23,728 nt of DNA. It comes from Nitrosopumilales archaeon (GTDB lineage Archaea; Thermoproteota; Nitrososphaeria; Nitrososphaerales; Nitrososphaeraceae). The first letter of the stretch is position 1. The number at the start of each line of letters is the position of its first letter. Shown here in pieces: positions 15,443 to 23,610 of the stretch. Both the position numbers and the translations under genes were made by a program. The DNA lies in NCBI GenBank assembly GCA_044507735.1, contig JBIQJB010000029.1, forward strand, positions 1-23,728, written 5' to 3'. Under the pieces are notes generated by a model. That model did not search any database, was not told the origin of the DNA, and saw nothing but the letters and a program-made list of their open reading frames with translations.

Positions 15443-16186
15443 TCAGTTGTTGTGGCTGAATGCCAGCGACCTGTCTGTATACGCGCCGATCTTGCTCTGC
15501 ATCACTCTTGCTATTTGCTCGTATATCGCGTATGATCCTACCATCGCCTCCACCTTCTCCTTCTCGGTCGACGCGTTGGTCTCGATTATGATGTAGTCAG
15601 AGATCATGCGGAGGTTTATCTGGAACGATCCATCTTCGCTGGACCATTGAAGAGTGTAACCTGTGTCGCTTTCGATCATGCCAAGCCACCGGAGGTTCTT
15701 AAACCACCTGCCAACAAGCTGGCTCACTATTTCAAACGCCTTGATGTTTAGCGGGATGTAGGTCTGCAATAGCTGCATGTATTCCCTGCCTTTTGGCCTG
15801 CGTAAATCCATCCTTGCAACTGCGGATTCGCTCCCCTTGACTAGGCGGTAGCCGACCTGCGACTTTTCCACAAGCCCCAATTCCTCAAGCCTGCGGAGCG
15901 CCCTTGACAAGCTCTGCTGGTGAAGTCCCACCTTGCGCATCAACCCCTTAAAGGAGTAGTTCGACCCGGATTCTTCATTCAGCGCGGACAAAATCCTGCT
16001 ATCGTTGTTGTGCAAATCGTCTAATACTGAGAGTGGCTCTTTTTCCTGCACCAGCACCTGAGCTGACTTGCCAGTAATGACCTCATTTTCACTCACTGGA
16101 GAAGAAGCCTCTGGCTGGCTGCTCCCCTCCTCCTTGAGAGATGTATTGTTATGCTCCGAGTCACTCTTCACTTGCATCACTATCAT
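15443..16186 (-). CDS. MarR-like winged-helix protein with acidic N-terminal extension and C-terminal alpha/beta domain
   Basis: YSFKGLMRKVGLHQQSLSRALRRLEELGLVEKSQVGYRL. Confidence 0.8.
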   Translation of the reverse strand: MIVMQVKSDSEHNNTSLKEEGSSQPEASSPVSENEVITGKSAQVLVQEKEPLSVLDDLHNNDSRILSALNEESGSNYSFKGLMRKVGLHQQSLSRALRRLEELGLVEKSQVGYRLVKGSESAVARMDLRRPKGREYMQLLQTYIPLNIKAFEIVSQLVGRWFKNLRWLGMIESDTGYTLQWSSEDGSFQINLRMISDYIIIETNASTEKEKVEAMVGSYAIYEQIARVMQSKIGAYTDRSLAFSHNN

Positions 16187-16246
16187 GTGCTCCGCTGGTT
16201 ATAAGTCATAAAGTAACCATTCTGTGAGTTGGTAAGCAAAATGCTA

Positions 16247-16546
16247 CTAGTACACCTCTATTGACTCTGCCTTGAAGCCCATCTTTACAAGAAGATCTTT
16301 TGTGGCCTCGCGATGGTCCCCCTGGAGGATTATCTGGCCATCCTTGAACGTGCCTCCTGTGCCTATGCTCGTCTTGAGCTGCCGGGTAACCCCCTTGATG
16401 TTCTTGTCGTCCTGCAGGCCAGAAATGACTGTCACCGGCTTGCGGAATTTTCTAACGTCCTTTGTAATCACTATGTTCGTTTCGCCTTTCTCGATCTCTC
16501 TGATCAAGTCATCCATCGAATCAAAATCGGACACTAGGATTACCAT
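16247..16546 (-). CDS. sui1: Translation initiation factor aIF1/SUI1 homolog
   Basis: RKFRKPVTVISGL, LKTSIGTGGTFKDGQIILQGDHRE. Confidence 0.88.
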   Translation of the reverse strand: MVILVSDFDSMDDLIREIEKGETNIVITKDVRKFRKPVTVISGLQDDKNIKGVTRQLKTSIGTGGTFKDGQIILQGDHREATKDLLVKMGFKAESIEVY

Positions 16547-16580
16547 TGTAGTCCCTGCTTTTGAGCGTTTTTGTCGTTAG

Positions 16581-16591
16581 AAGGAAAAAAA
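16581..16591 (-). terminator. Oligo-T terminator candidate after htrA
   Basis: TTTTTTTCCTT on the minus strand just after the 16599 stop. Confidence 0.4.
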
Positions 16592-16598
16592 TAGCAGG

Positions 16599-17537
16599 TC
16601 ATGGGCGCTTGTCCACCTGCACAGGGACCTGGAGCTGGCGCCCGTAGCGATTGACAGTCAGAGTCAGCCGATCGTCCACGCGTTTCTTGCGCACGTGCGA
16701 TGCTATCTGCGATGGATCCTCCACCCTGCTGCCATCAATCCCCTCGATGATGTCACCCTTTCTCAATCCAGCATCGTCGGCGGGGCTGTATGGCTCTACC
16801 CGGGCAACCAGCGCCCCTTCGGTAACTGGAAGCCCATAGTAGCGGGCAAGCTGTGGAGTGACCTTAATTGATGCGACGCCTATCCACGGCCTGGCAACTT
16901 TGCCCCTTTCGATCAGTTCCTTGAGTATTGACTTGGCAGTATTCACCGGAACCGCAAAGCCAATGCCCTGCGCATAGGGCATGTTGGCGGTGTTGATTGC
17001 AACCACCTGACCCTTTGTGTTGACAAGCGGCCCTCCGGAGTTGCCTGGGTTGATCGCGGCATCTGTCTGAATTAGGTCAAGCACGCCGCCACTCCTTACC
17101 TGTATTGTACGGTTCAATGAACTTACAATTCCTGCTGTGACAGCTGGCCCTCCAGTGAGCCCAAATGGGTTTCCGATTGCCATGACAATCTGGCCGACCT
17201 TCAGGTCGTCTGAATTGCCAAGCTCTGCTGCCGGCAGTGGCTCTTCTGCCTCTACCTTTATCACGGCAAGATCTGTGGCTTCGTCGCTTCCGACGACTTT
17301 GCCCCTCAGCACCTTGCCGTCTGCGAGGGTAACCTTGAGCCTCTCCGCGTCATCGATAACATGGTTGTTCGTAAGTATGTAGCCCTTCTCGTCGATCACC
17401 ACTCCGGACCCGACGCCCTCTACAGGGAACACCCTGAAGAGGTGGTCTTGCAGTATCCGAACGCTGGCGATGTTGACTACGCTCTTGCTGATCTTGTCCA
17501 CAGCGCTTACAAGCACTTCTTCGGGAACGGGTATCAT
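16599..17537 (-). CDS. htrA: HtrA/DegP-family serine protease with one PDZ domain, no signal peptide
   Basis: GSGVVI, TNNHV, DLAVIK, AIGNPFG, IQTDAAINPGNSGGPL, C-terminal PDZ (SPADDAGLRKGDII). Confidence 0.93.
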   Translation of the reverse strand: MIPVPEEVLVSAVDKISKSVVNIASVRILQDHLFRVFPVEGVGSGVVIDEKGYILTNNHVIDDAERLKVTLADGKVLRGKVVGSDEATDLAVIKVEAEEPLPAAELGNSDDLKVGQIVMAIGNPFGLTGGPAVTAGIVSSLNRTIQVRSGGVLDLIQTDAAINPGNSGGPLVNTKGQVVAINTANMPYAQGIGFAVPVNTAKSILKELIERGKVARPWIGVASIKVTPQLARYYGLPVTEGALVARVEPYSPADDAGLRKGDIIEGIDGSRVEDPSQIASHVRKKRVDDRLTLTVNRYGRQLQVPVQVDKRP

Positions 17538-17543
17538 GTCATT

Positions 17544-17595
17544 GTATTGGAAGTCAGGGTGTAAATTGACCGGCTATTGGAAAACCCGGTCACAG
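17544..17595 (-). promoter_or_regulatory. Conserved promoter/operator copy 2 upstream of htrA
   Basis: Near copy of 15260-15311 with identical TGACCG-N14-CGGTCA spacing. Confidence 0.85.
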
Positions 17596-17676
17596 CCCTT
17601 GCATGCCCAAGCCCATCCTTTCTTCTGATAAAAGGTTTACATAGCGATTTAACGCATCAGATCAAGACTGCTGTAT

Positions 17677-17835
17677 ATGCCGATACGCTGGCGTTGCTTG
17701 AAATGCAAAATTGACCTGAGCGGAGAGGGCGCCTCCAGGCACTACCTTGCATACCCAAAGCACAAGCTCGTAAAGCTGCCTCCCCCGCCAAAGCCGGCAA
17801 CCACTGGCGTCGACAACAAGGAAATGACTGCCTGA
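17677..17835 (+). CDS. C2H2-type zinc-finger microprotein (52 aa), not in the ORF track
   Basis: MPIRWRCLKCKIDLSGEGASRHYLAYPKHKLVKLPPPPKPATTGVDNKEMTA; TTTAAC at 17648-17653, 24-29 nt upstream of the ATG. Confidence 0.65.
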   Translation: MPIRWRCLKCKIDLSGEGASRHYLAYPKHKLVKLPPPPKPATTGVDNKEMTA

Positions 17836-18098
17836 TTCAGAAGCTTTTGAATATGACTGAAGCACAGCCTCTCTCACTTCTCAGGCGGACAGAGGCCACA
17901 ACACATTTCCTTTCCTCCATCCTACGGGGTTGGCAGCTAGAAAGACCTTGTCGCTGGCTGTTTGGTGGTATTTTTTGCGGTGTTATCCTCATATACGCAG
18001 GGTACTGCGGACAACAATTTCATGTTCATCCAGCGGGGCGGAGGTGCGACAAGCAATCAAAAAGAGCGACAATAAAAATTGAAAAAGTAGGGTGGCGG

Positions 18099-19607
18099 TC
18101 AGCTCACGTTGACTGTTCCGACCATGTTCGGGTGGACCGCGCAGTAGTACGGGTATTCGCCTGCTTCTTCAAACGTGTGCTCGAATGTCTGCTGCGGAGC
18201 CAGCAACGGGTTGAGGTTTGGCGAAGAGTCAAATTTGCCGTCCGGCTGGGCGTTGGTACCCGAGGTCACCGTGTGTGGCGTGGTATCGTGATTGGTCCAC
18301 TTCACCGTGTCTCCGACGCTGATCTCAACAGGGTTGGGGTCGAACGCATCGGTGGTCTTGCTCGTGGAGCCAGATGTTATTGATACTTCGACTGTGTTTC
18401 CTCCGCCTCCACCGCTTGGGCCAGCTGCCGGAGCAGGGGTGGTGGTAGTTGTGGTTGTTGTCTCGTTTCCTGCTGATGCTGCTCCTGCTGTCTCGTTTCC
18501 TGTCGCGTTACCTGCTGGTGTTGCCGGAGGCGCTGTCTGGTTGCCGGTCACGTTGCCGGTAGGTGCAGCGGCCATGCCGCCCGTAGCATTGGGGGCTGCT
18601 GGCGCGGTTGGAGCCATCGGCTGTGGTTCGGCCGGTGTCTCGGCACCGGGCTCAGGCGGCAGTACAGACTGCCTCTCACCATTCACTTCCCCTATTAGCG
18701 CAGTAACAAACCCGTAGATTGGCATGCCCTTGAAGTGGTTGTCGGTCGAATCATTGTCCACGTTGATGGTTACGACCCTGCCTGTGCTTTCTATCGTGAT
18801 TGGAACGTTCTCCCACTGCAGGTTGTTGTCGAGGTACACGTTGGCCGAGCCATAAATCTCAAAGGTACCATCTTCAGCAAGCGTAGCCTGGGCAAAAGCA
18901 GTCTCGGTTCCGGATTCCGCTGGCGCAGTTGCGTTTGGTGTCACTGCCGGAGGCGCTGTCTGGTTGCCGGTCACGTTGCCTATAGTAGTGGTAGTAGTCG
19001 CATTGCCAGTCTCGTTACCGCCTGTGATGATCTGCATGAAACTCTCCACATTGGTCGCATTGCCTGCATCTGTCGCAGCGGTGGTGTTTCCGCCAGCAGC
19101 AGTCATGTTGCTGCCGCCTGCAGTAGCATTGGACGTGGCAGTTTCGCCCGTCCCTGCGGTAAAGTTGTCTACAAGCACTGTATGGAAATCGCTGCCATCA
19201 GGCTTTGACATCATCATGTTGATCTCAACCTTCCGCGCTTCGCCGTCAATTACATCGATGCTCAACCTCCCGCCTACTACTTCTGCAGAAGCATTATCCC
19301 CGCTAGCAGGGTCTGATATGATGCTGGAGATTAGCCCTCTGACATAAAACGTATTGATTTCACCTGCTGCCGTGGCATTAGTTCCACCAGCGCCGGTAGT
19401 AGCAGTCTGGTTGTCCATGGAAGTGACATTGCCAGCGCTCGCGGTAGTAGTAGCATTACTGGTCGATGCCGTGACATTGTCTGTCGGGGCCGTGCCAGTG
19501 ATATTCTGTCCAGCTACAAGAGAATAGCCGGCTATGCTGAATGCAAAAGTGCCAAGCAGGGCAACTATTGCAAACGCTCTAAATAGAGTCTGGTACTGCG
19601 TTCTAAT
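18099..19607 (-). CDS. Large secreted/surface Thr-Ala-Asn-rich protein with C-terminal plastocyanin-like cupredoxin domain
   Basis: C-terminal HTVTSG...YYCAVHPNM type-1 Cu site; many NxT sequons; frame stays open 63 codons upstream of ATG 19418 and encodes a signal-peptide-like stretch starting at ATT 19607 (start uncertain). Confidence 0.82.
   Translation of the reverse strand: MRTQYQTLFRAFAIVALLGTFAFSIAGYSLVAGQNITGTAPTDNVTASTSNATTTASAGNVTSMDNQTATTGAGGTNATAAGEINTFYVRGLISSIISDPASGDNASAEVVGGRLSIDVIDGEARKVEINMMMSKPDGSDFHTVLVDNFTAGTGETATSNATAGGSNMTAAGGNTTAATDAGNATNVESFMQIITGGNETGNATTTTTIGNVTGNQTAPPAVTPNATAPAESGTETAFAQATLAEDGTFEIYGSANVYLDNNLQWENVPITIESTGRVVTINVDNDSTDNHFKGMPIYGFVTALIGEVNGERQSVLPPEPGAETPAEPQPMAPTAPAAPNATGGMAAAPTGNVTGNQTAPPATPAGNATGNETAGAASAGNETTTTTTTTPAPAAGPSGGGGGNTVEVSITSGSTSKTTDAFDPNPVEISVGDTVKWTNHDTTPHTVTSGTNAQPDGKFDSSPNLNPLLAPQQTFEHTFEEAGEYPYYCAVHPNMVGTVNVS
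18522..18980. repeat. 36-bp exact direct repeat (18522-18557, 18945-18980) encoding GNVTGNQTAPPA
   Basis: TGCCGGAGGCGCTGTCTGGTTGCCGGTCACGTTGCC occurs twice. Confidence 0.85.
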
Positions 19608-19745
19608 TCACCGGAAGGGCACGTCATATTATCAGATTTAACACTTGCAGATACAAAATAGGAAGCCGGGTCATATCAAAAAAGTCTGAAGGGACACTTT
19701 CCAGATGTGTCATATGAAAATTATCTAGAACTCCTGCTGCGGCTG

Positions 19746-20330
19746 CTATGGCCGGTATCGGGCCGCAAAAGTGTCCTGCTCGCTCGATCCTAGATCCTGC
19801 TTGAACTGATTGCCGATTAGCATTCCGTACACCACAAGGTCCCGTGACATCATTTGCAGGCGCTGCGCTATCCTCGGGTTTACGATCTTGCCATCGGAGA
19901 AATCCTGAGGTCCGTTTATGGATACGCCGTAGGGAAGGCTCCAGCCATAGCACTGGCGCACCGCAGTGCGCATCTGGTCCATCACGGTCAAGCCTTTCTC
20001 ATGGGACGCAACGATGTAGCCAAAGAGCTTGCCTGCAAACTCTTCGTAAAAGTAGTCGAGAAAGTTCTTTAGCGCGCCGGACATGGAGCCATGGTAATCT
20101 GGCGACGCCAGGATGATTGCGTCAGCCCAAGCTACCGATTCGCTTGCGTTTCCCACCTCTTTTGATGCCGGTGCATTTGGATCGTAGAGCGGCAGGTTGT
20201 CTATTTCCAAGAGCCGCACTTGCGCACCGTGCTTTGTTGCATGTTCTAATGCTATCTGGAGCGCCTGTTTGCTGTACGACCCGTCGCGTATGCTCCCAGC
20301 CACTCCAAGGACGTTGAATGTTGTTCTCAT
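19746..20330 (-). CDS. NADPH-dependent FMN reductase
   Basis: GSIRDGSYS, LPLYD, ASPDYHGSMSGALKNFLD, FAGK. Confidence 0.92.
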   Translation of the reverse strand: MRTTFNVLGVAGSIRDGSYSKQALQIALEHATKHGAQVRLLEIDNLPLYDPNAPASKEVGNASESVAWADAIILASPDYHGSMSGALKNFLDYFYEEFAGKLFGYIVASHEKGLTVMDQMRTAVRQCYGWSLPYGVSINGPQDFSDGKIVNPRIAQRLQMMSRDLVVYGMLIGNQFKQDLGSSEQDTFAARYRP

Positions 20331-20356
20331 CTTGTCTTAATATCACCCTCCTCTGA

Positions 20357-20390
20357 GATTAATCGACCGGCTCTGACGCAACATGGTCAC
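20357..20390 (-). promoter_or_regulatory. Degenerate third copy of the operator (plus strand CGACCG-N14-TGGTCA, with minus-strand ATTAAT) upstream of FMN reductase
   Basis: 20364-20369 and 20384-20389, same 14-bp spacer and similar distance (34 nt) from the ATG. Confidence 0.65.
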
Positions 20391-20406
20391 GCTGCAGCCA
20401 CTATCA

Positions 20407-21141
20407 TTATTTGTTGACCGCATATTTCTCTGGCAGGTCAAGCAATATGAGCTCTGTAGGCCTGTCCGCCCGTATAGACATAGCGCTTTCTTTTTCGACC
20501 ATGGCCGCATCTCTTGTGCTCATTGAGATATTATTCAGGCCTATCTGGCCCTCAATGACAAAGACGTACGCCTTGCGGTCGCCTGCCAGCCCGTGGTCCA
20601 CCTTGCTTCCAGCCGATAAAGAAGAGACATAGATCGCTGCGTCTTGGTGGATGTGGAGGGCATGGCCGTTGTTTGTTCCCTCGGGCACTATGACTGGCAG
20701 CAGCTTGTCGGCCCTGTCTTTCTTGTCAAACTTGCGCTGCTCCCATGACGGCTCAAGTCCGCGCTTGTTTGCAAACAGCCAAATTTGCAAAAGCCTCAAC
20801 GGCTTTTCCTTTGAGTGGTTGTACTCCGAGTGCATTATCCCAGAGCCTGCGGTCATCCTCTGCACTTCTCCGGGTTGTATCAGGCCGTGGTTGCCCCGGT
20901 CGTCCTTGTGCTCCAGCTCGCCATCGATCACATATGTCACGATCTCCATGTCCCTGTGTGGGTGGAACCCAAAGCCGGTCCCCGGCTTGATGGTATCTTC
21001 GTTGAATACTCGCAGCGGCCCAAAGTTCATCTTGTGTGGGTTCTGGTAGTGGGCAAAGGAAAAGTGCCAGTAGGTGGAAAGCCAATCCTCTTCATGATGG
21101 TAATGCGAAGATGATTTGATTATGTTTATCACAGGTTTCAT
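20407..21141 (-). CDS. Pirin-family (YhhW-like, quercetinase-like) cupin
   Basis: WLSTYWHFSF, FGPLRVFNED, GFGFHPHRDMEIVTYV, VQRMTAGSGIMHSEYN, LLQIW, IHQDA. Confidence 0.93.
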   Translation of the reverse strand: MKPVINIIKSSSHYHHEEDWLSTYWHFSFAHYQNPHKMNFGPLRVFNEDTIKPGTGFGFHPHRDMEIVTYVIDGELEHKDDRGNHGLIQPGEVQRMTAGSGIMHSEYNHSKEKPLRLLQIWLFANKRGLEPSWEQRKFDKKDRADKLLPVIVPEGTNNGHALHIHQDAAIYVSSLSAGSKVDHGLAGDRKAYVFVIEGQIGLNNISMSTRDAAMVEKESAMSIRADRPTELILLDLPEKYAVNK

Positions 21142-21260
21142 TGCCCCGCTCGTTATTTAAGCCTGGTAGCAATTCCCCGCCTAGTTGGTTTACCCCATCC
21201 GCCTTGGTAAGCCATGGCTAACTACGATGTGCAGGTTTGCAAACGTCTTGTCTCTTGACA

Positions 21261-21665
21261 TCAATTGGGACTAGTACTCTTTTCTTCATCACTTTTCTCA
21301 AAATCTAGAAGTTCTTCAAGCTCTTTCTGCCTTTCCTTGTACAGCCGAAATTTTCGTAACCATCTTGAAAAGACCATCCACTGTCTGATGCCTACGCCAA
21401 GCCATGCTAGGAAAACAGCGCCTCCTATGATTGGGATGTATACCCCAACACCAGCAATTGACTGTGACAGAAGGCCAAGATATGCGATTATCGGTACGAT
21501 GACGACAAACGAAATGACCATCATGATTATTATCTTCCTGTTAAACTCCAGCTGGCGGATGACATTGTCCAGCATCTCTGGCAAATGCTCAGGTTCCGTC
21601 GCTTTCTTGCTGCTACTGCCGTTGTCAGTCATGTCACTCATCAATCGATCCTCCGCTTCTCTCAA
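21261..21665 (-). CDS. Small membrane protein, two predicted TM helices
   Basis: Two hydrophobic stretches followed by GIRQW...W and a charged tail; start may be a later ATG. Confidence 0.7.
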   Translation of the reverse strand: MREAEDRLMSDMTDNGSSSKKATEPEHLPEMLDNVIRQLEFNRKIIIMMVISFVVIVPIIAYLGLLSQSIAGVGVYIPIIGGAVFLAWLGVGIRQWMVFSRWLRKFRLYKERQKELEELLDFEKSDEEKSTSPN

Positions 21666-21698
21666 GTATAAAGAGGGCGATAGCTATCCTACATGCCT

Positions 21699-21995
21699 TC
21701 ATTTCTTGTCTTCACTCCTTGGAAATAGAAGTTCATAGGGTTCGAATATTTTCTTTGCAATCTCTCTCCCCTTTTCTGAAACCCTGTACTTGATTATCCT
21801 GTTCTGCTCGCCCCACGGCTCTTCGAACCTGATTATCAGTCCCTTCTCAACTAGCTCATCGACAATTGGTTTGTGCTGGACATTGTTCAGCCGGCAATAG
21901 CTCATTAGCTGGCTTTGGTTGAGCTCCCCGTGCTCGCTTAGTTGCATTATTATGTCCATTCTCATGTAAATTCTATCTCGGTGTGCGTGTACCAA
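21699..21995 (-). CDS. Archaeal winged-helix transcriptional regulator (HTH_45-like)
   Basis: HRDRIYMRMDII, SQLMSYCRLN, ELVEKGLI, YRVSEKGRE. Confidence 0.82.
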   Translation of the reverse strand: MVHAHRDRIYMRMDIIMQLSEHGELNQSQLMSYCRLNNVQHKPIVDELVEKGLIIRFEEPWGEQNRIIKYRVSEKGREIAKKIFEPYELLFPRSEDKK

Positions 21996-22141
21996 TTTGA
22001 CTCAATTGCCGCAGGCATTTTGATGCATGGCTAACACAGCCCTTTATTCGTTCAAACACGCAGTCTAATAAGCATGCACGTAACTAAACTACGTAGGATG
22101 GGTAAACAAGGGTTAAAACAAAAAATCAGATTATTCTTGTC

Positions 22142-22558
22142 ATGGTCAACAAGACTGCCATAGTGATCGCATCGATTGCAACAATCATTGGTGCGGTCGT
22201 GGCTACTTACTTTCTGTCCGGCAGCACGAATAGTGAGGCGGAGGGATCTCGAAATTCAGTACAACAGCCCATCGTTACATCCATCCCTGAGAATTCAACA
22301 GTAGTAAAAATAGTCGCCAACTCTGGAAGCAATTCGTTCAGCCCGAACCCTGTTGAGATCAAAGTCGGCGAGACTGTGACGTGGCTAAACGATGATTCTG
22401 GCAGGCATACTGTAACTGCAAAGGATGGCGTTTTCGAATCCGAATTGATGGGAAAGGGACAATCATTCATCTACACTTTTGACAGAGAAGGAGAGTATTC
22501 GTACTTTTGCGAACCCCATCCAAACATGGTGGGCACAGTGGTGGTGACAAAAAGCTAA
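22142..22558 (+). CDS. Membrane-anchored plastocyanin-like blue copper protein
   Basis: N-terminal hydrophobic helix; FSPNPVEIKVGETVTW, HTVT, YFCEPHPNM. Confidence 0.92.
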   Translation: MVNKTAIVIASIATIIGAVVATYFLSGSTNSEAEGSRNSVQQPIVTSIPENSTVVKIVANSGSNSFSPNPVEIKVGETVTWLNDDSGRHTVTAKDGVFESELMGKGQSFIYTFDREGEYSYFCEPHPNMVGTVVVTKS

Positions 22559-23004
22559 TGCAAAGTGCATCCAAATCTCGTCCGCGGGGAGCAACAATAG
22601 CTGCAACTGTCAACATAATCGTAGGAGTGGCCGGACTTGTTTTTGGAATTGGGTTTATTGCCCAAGACGCCCTATTGCATCCGCTCATAGAATCTACCAT
22701 TGATGATCTCCCACGACAAAATCTATCTGCTGATCAAGCTTCCATACCGGGCTTCGGCATTGCACTTGGAGCTGCATTTATTCCCCTAGCCATCGTCACA
22801 TTTATCGCGGCATCTGGGATGCTGAATGGCCGACGATGGGCTTGGACCACCGCTCTAGTGTTGTCAATTATCAGCATGGTGTGGTATGCATTTACTGTTG
22901 CCATTATTCCCAGTAATGGTGGCAGGACACTCGGTGTCATCATAGGTGCAGTAACCATCTACCTCCTATACAGACCACAGGTCAAGGCATATCTTGGAAG
23001 ATGA
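22558..23004 (+). CDS. Four-TM membrane protein (RPxGvTi family, DUF2127-like)
   Basis: RPRGATIAA, GMLNGRRWAW, IYLLYRPQVKAYLG; ATG 22558 in a TAATG overlap with the cupredoxin stop. Confidence 0.8.
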   Translation: MQSASKSRPRGATIAATVNIIVGVAGLVFGIGFIAQDALLHPLIESTIDDLPRQNLSADQASIPGFGIALGAAFIPLAIVTFIAASGMLNGRRWAWTTALVLSIISMVWYAFTVAIIPSNGGRTLGVIIGAVTIYLLYRPQVKAYLGR

Positions 23005-23610
23005 GATGACGAGGACAGGACAAAATCTGAAAAAGCGTACATTTCATCAATCCAACTCAGGGGCGGCAACAAGACAAGGATTCCAGCATCGCAGGATACA
23101 GGTCAGGATAACAACTCTTCTTTTTGTTCTGAAAGATCGAGAAGCGAGTTCATGATCATGAAGAGGAACTGAAGAGATACTATCAATCGAATTGCCAGTG
23201 CAGTCCAGTACCGTTGCAGAACATGAGCATGAGCACAAGATTGGGACCATCAACGGTCATCAGAAGTTCAACTTGGACAAACTTTTCATTTAGATATGTC
23301 TGCTCGATCCATTTCGGCAAGCCTTGGCCCACTGTCGATTCGCAGACCTGATGTAATCATCAATATTTCTGATGTGCCAAAAAATATTTTATCTAGCACA
23401 ACAATCACAAATGGGTCAGAGTACGGCGTAGCACCCTTAACTAAATCCGTTGGCGCGATACTGGGAGAGTTGGTATGCGCGGAAAATGGGCTGGCTCTCC
23501 TTGTATAGGCGCCTTGACAGAACTGCTCCATCGTCGCCCGTGAAATGTTTCACGATCACCTCGGAAAGCAAACCAAAAATTGTACAGACTATCCATATTG
23601 TTGCTTACTT

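Noticed and set aside
16214-16235. TAACCA-N10-TGGTAA (and TTACCC-N9-TGGTAA at 21190-21210) as further copies of the operator
   Set aside because: Half-sites and spacing differ from the N14 motif; could be a separate site but is unsupported.
17847-19347. Plus-strand ORFs 17847-18383, 18292-18717, 18735-19208, 18964-19347
   Set aside because: Mostly antisense shadows of the GC-rich low-complexity cupredoxin gene.
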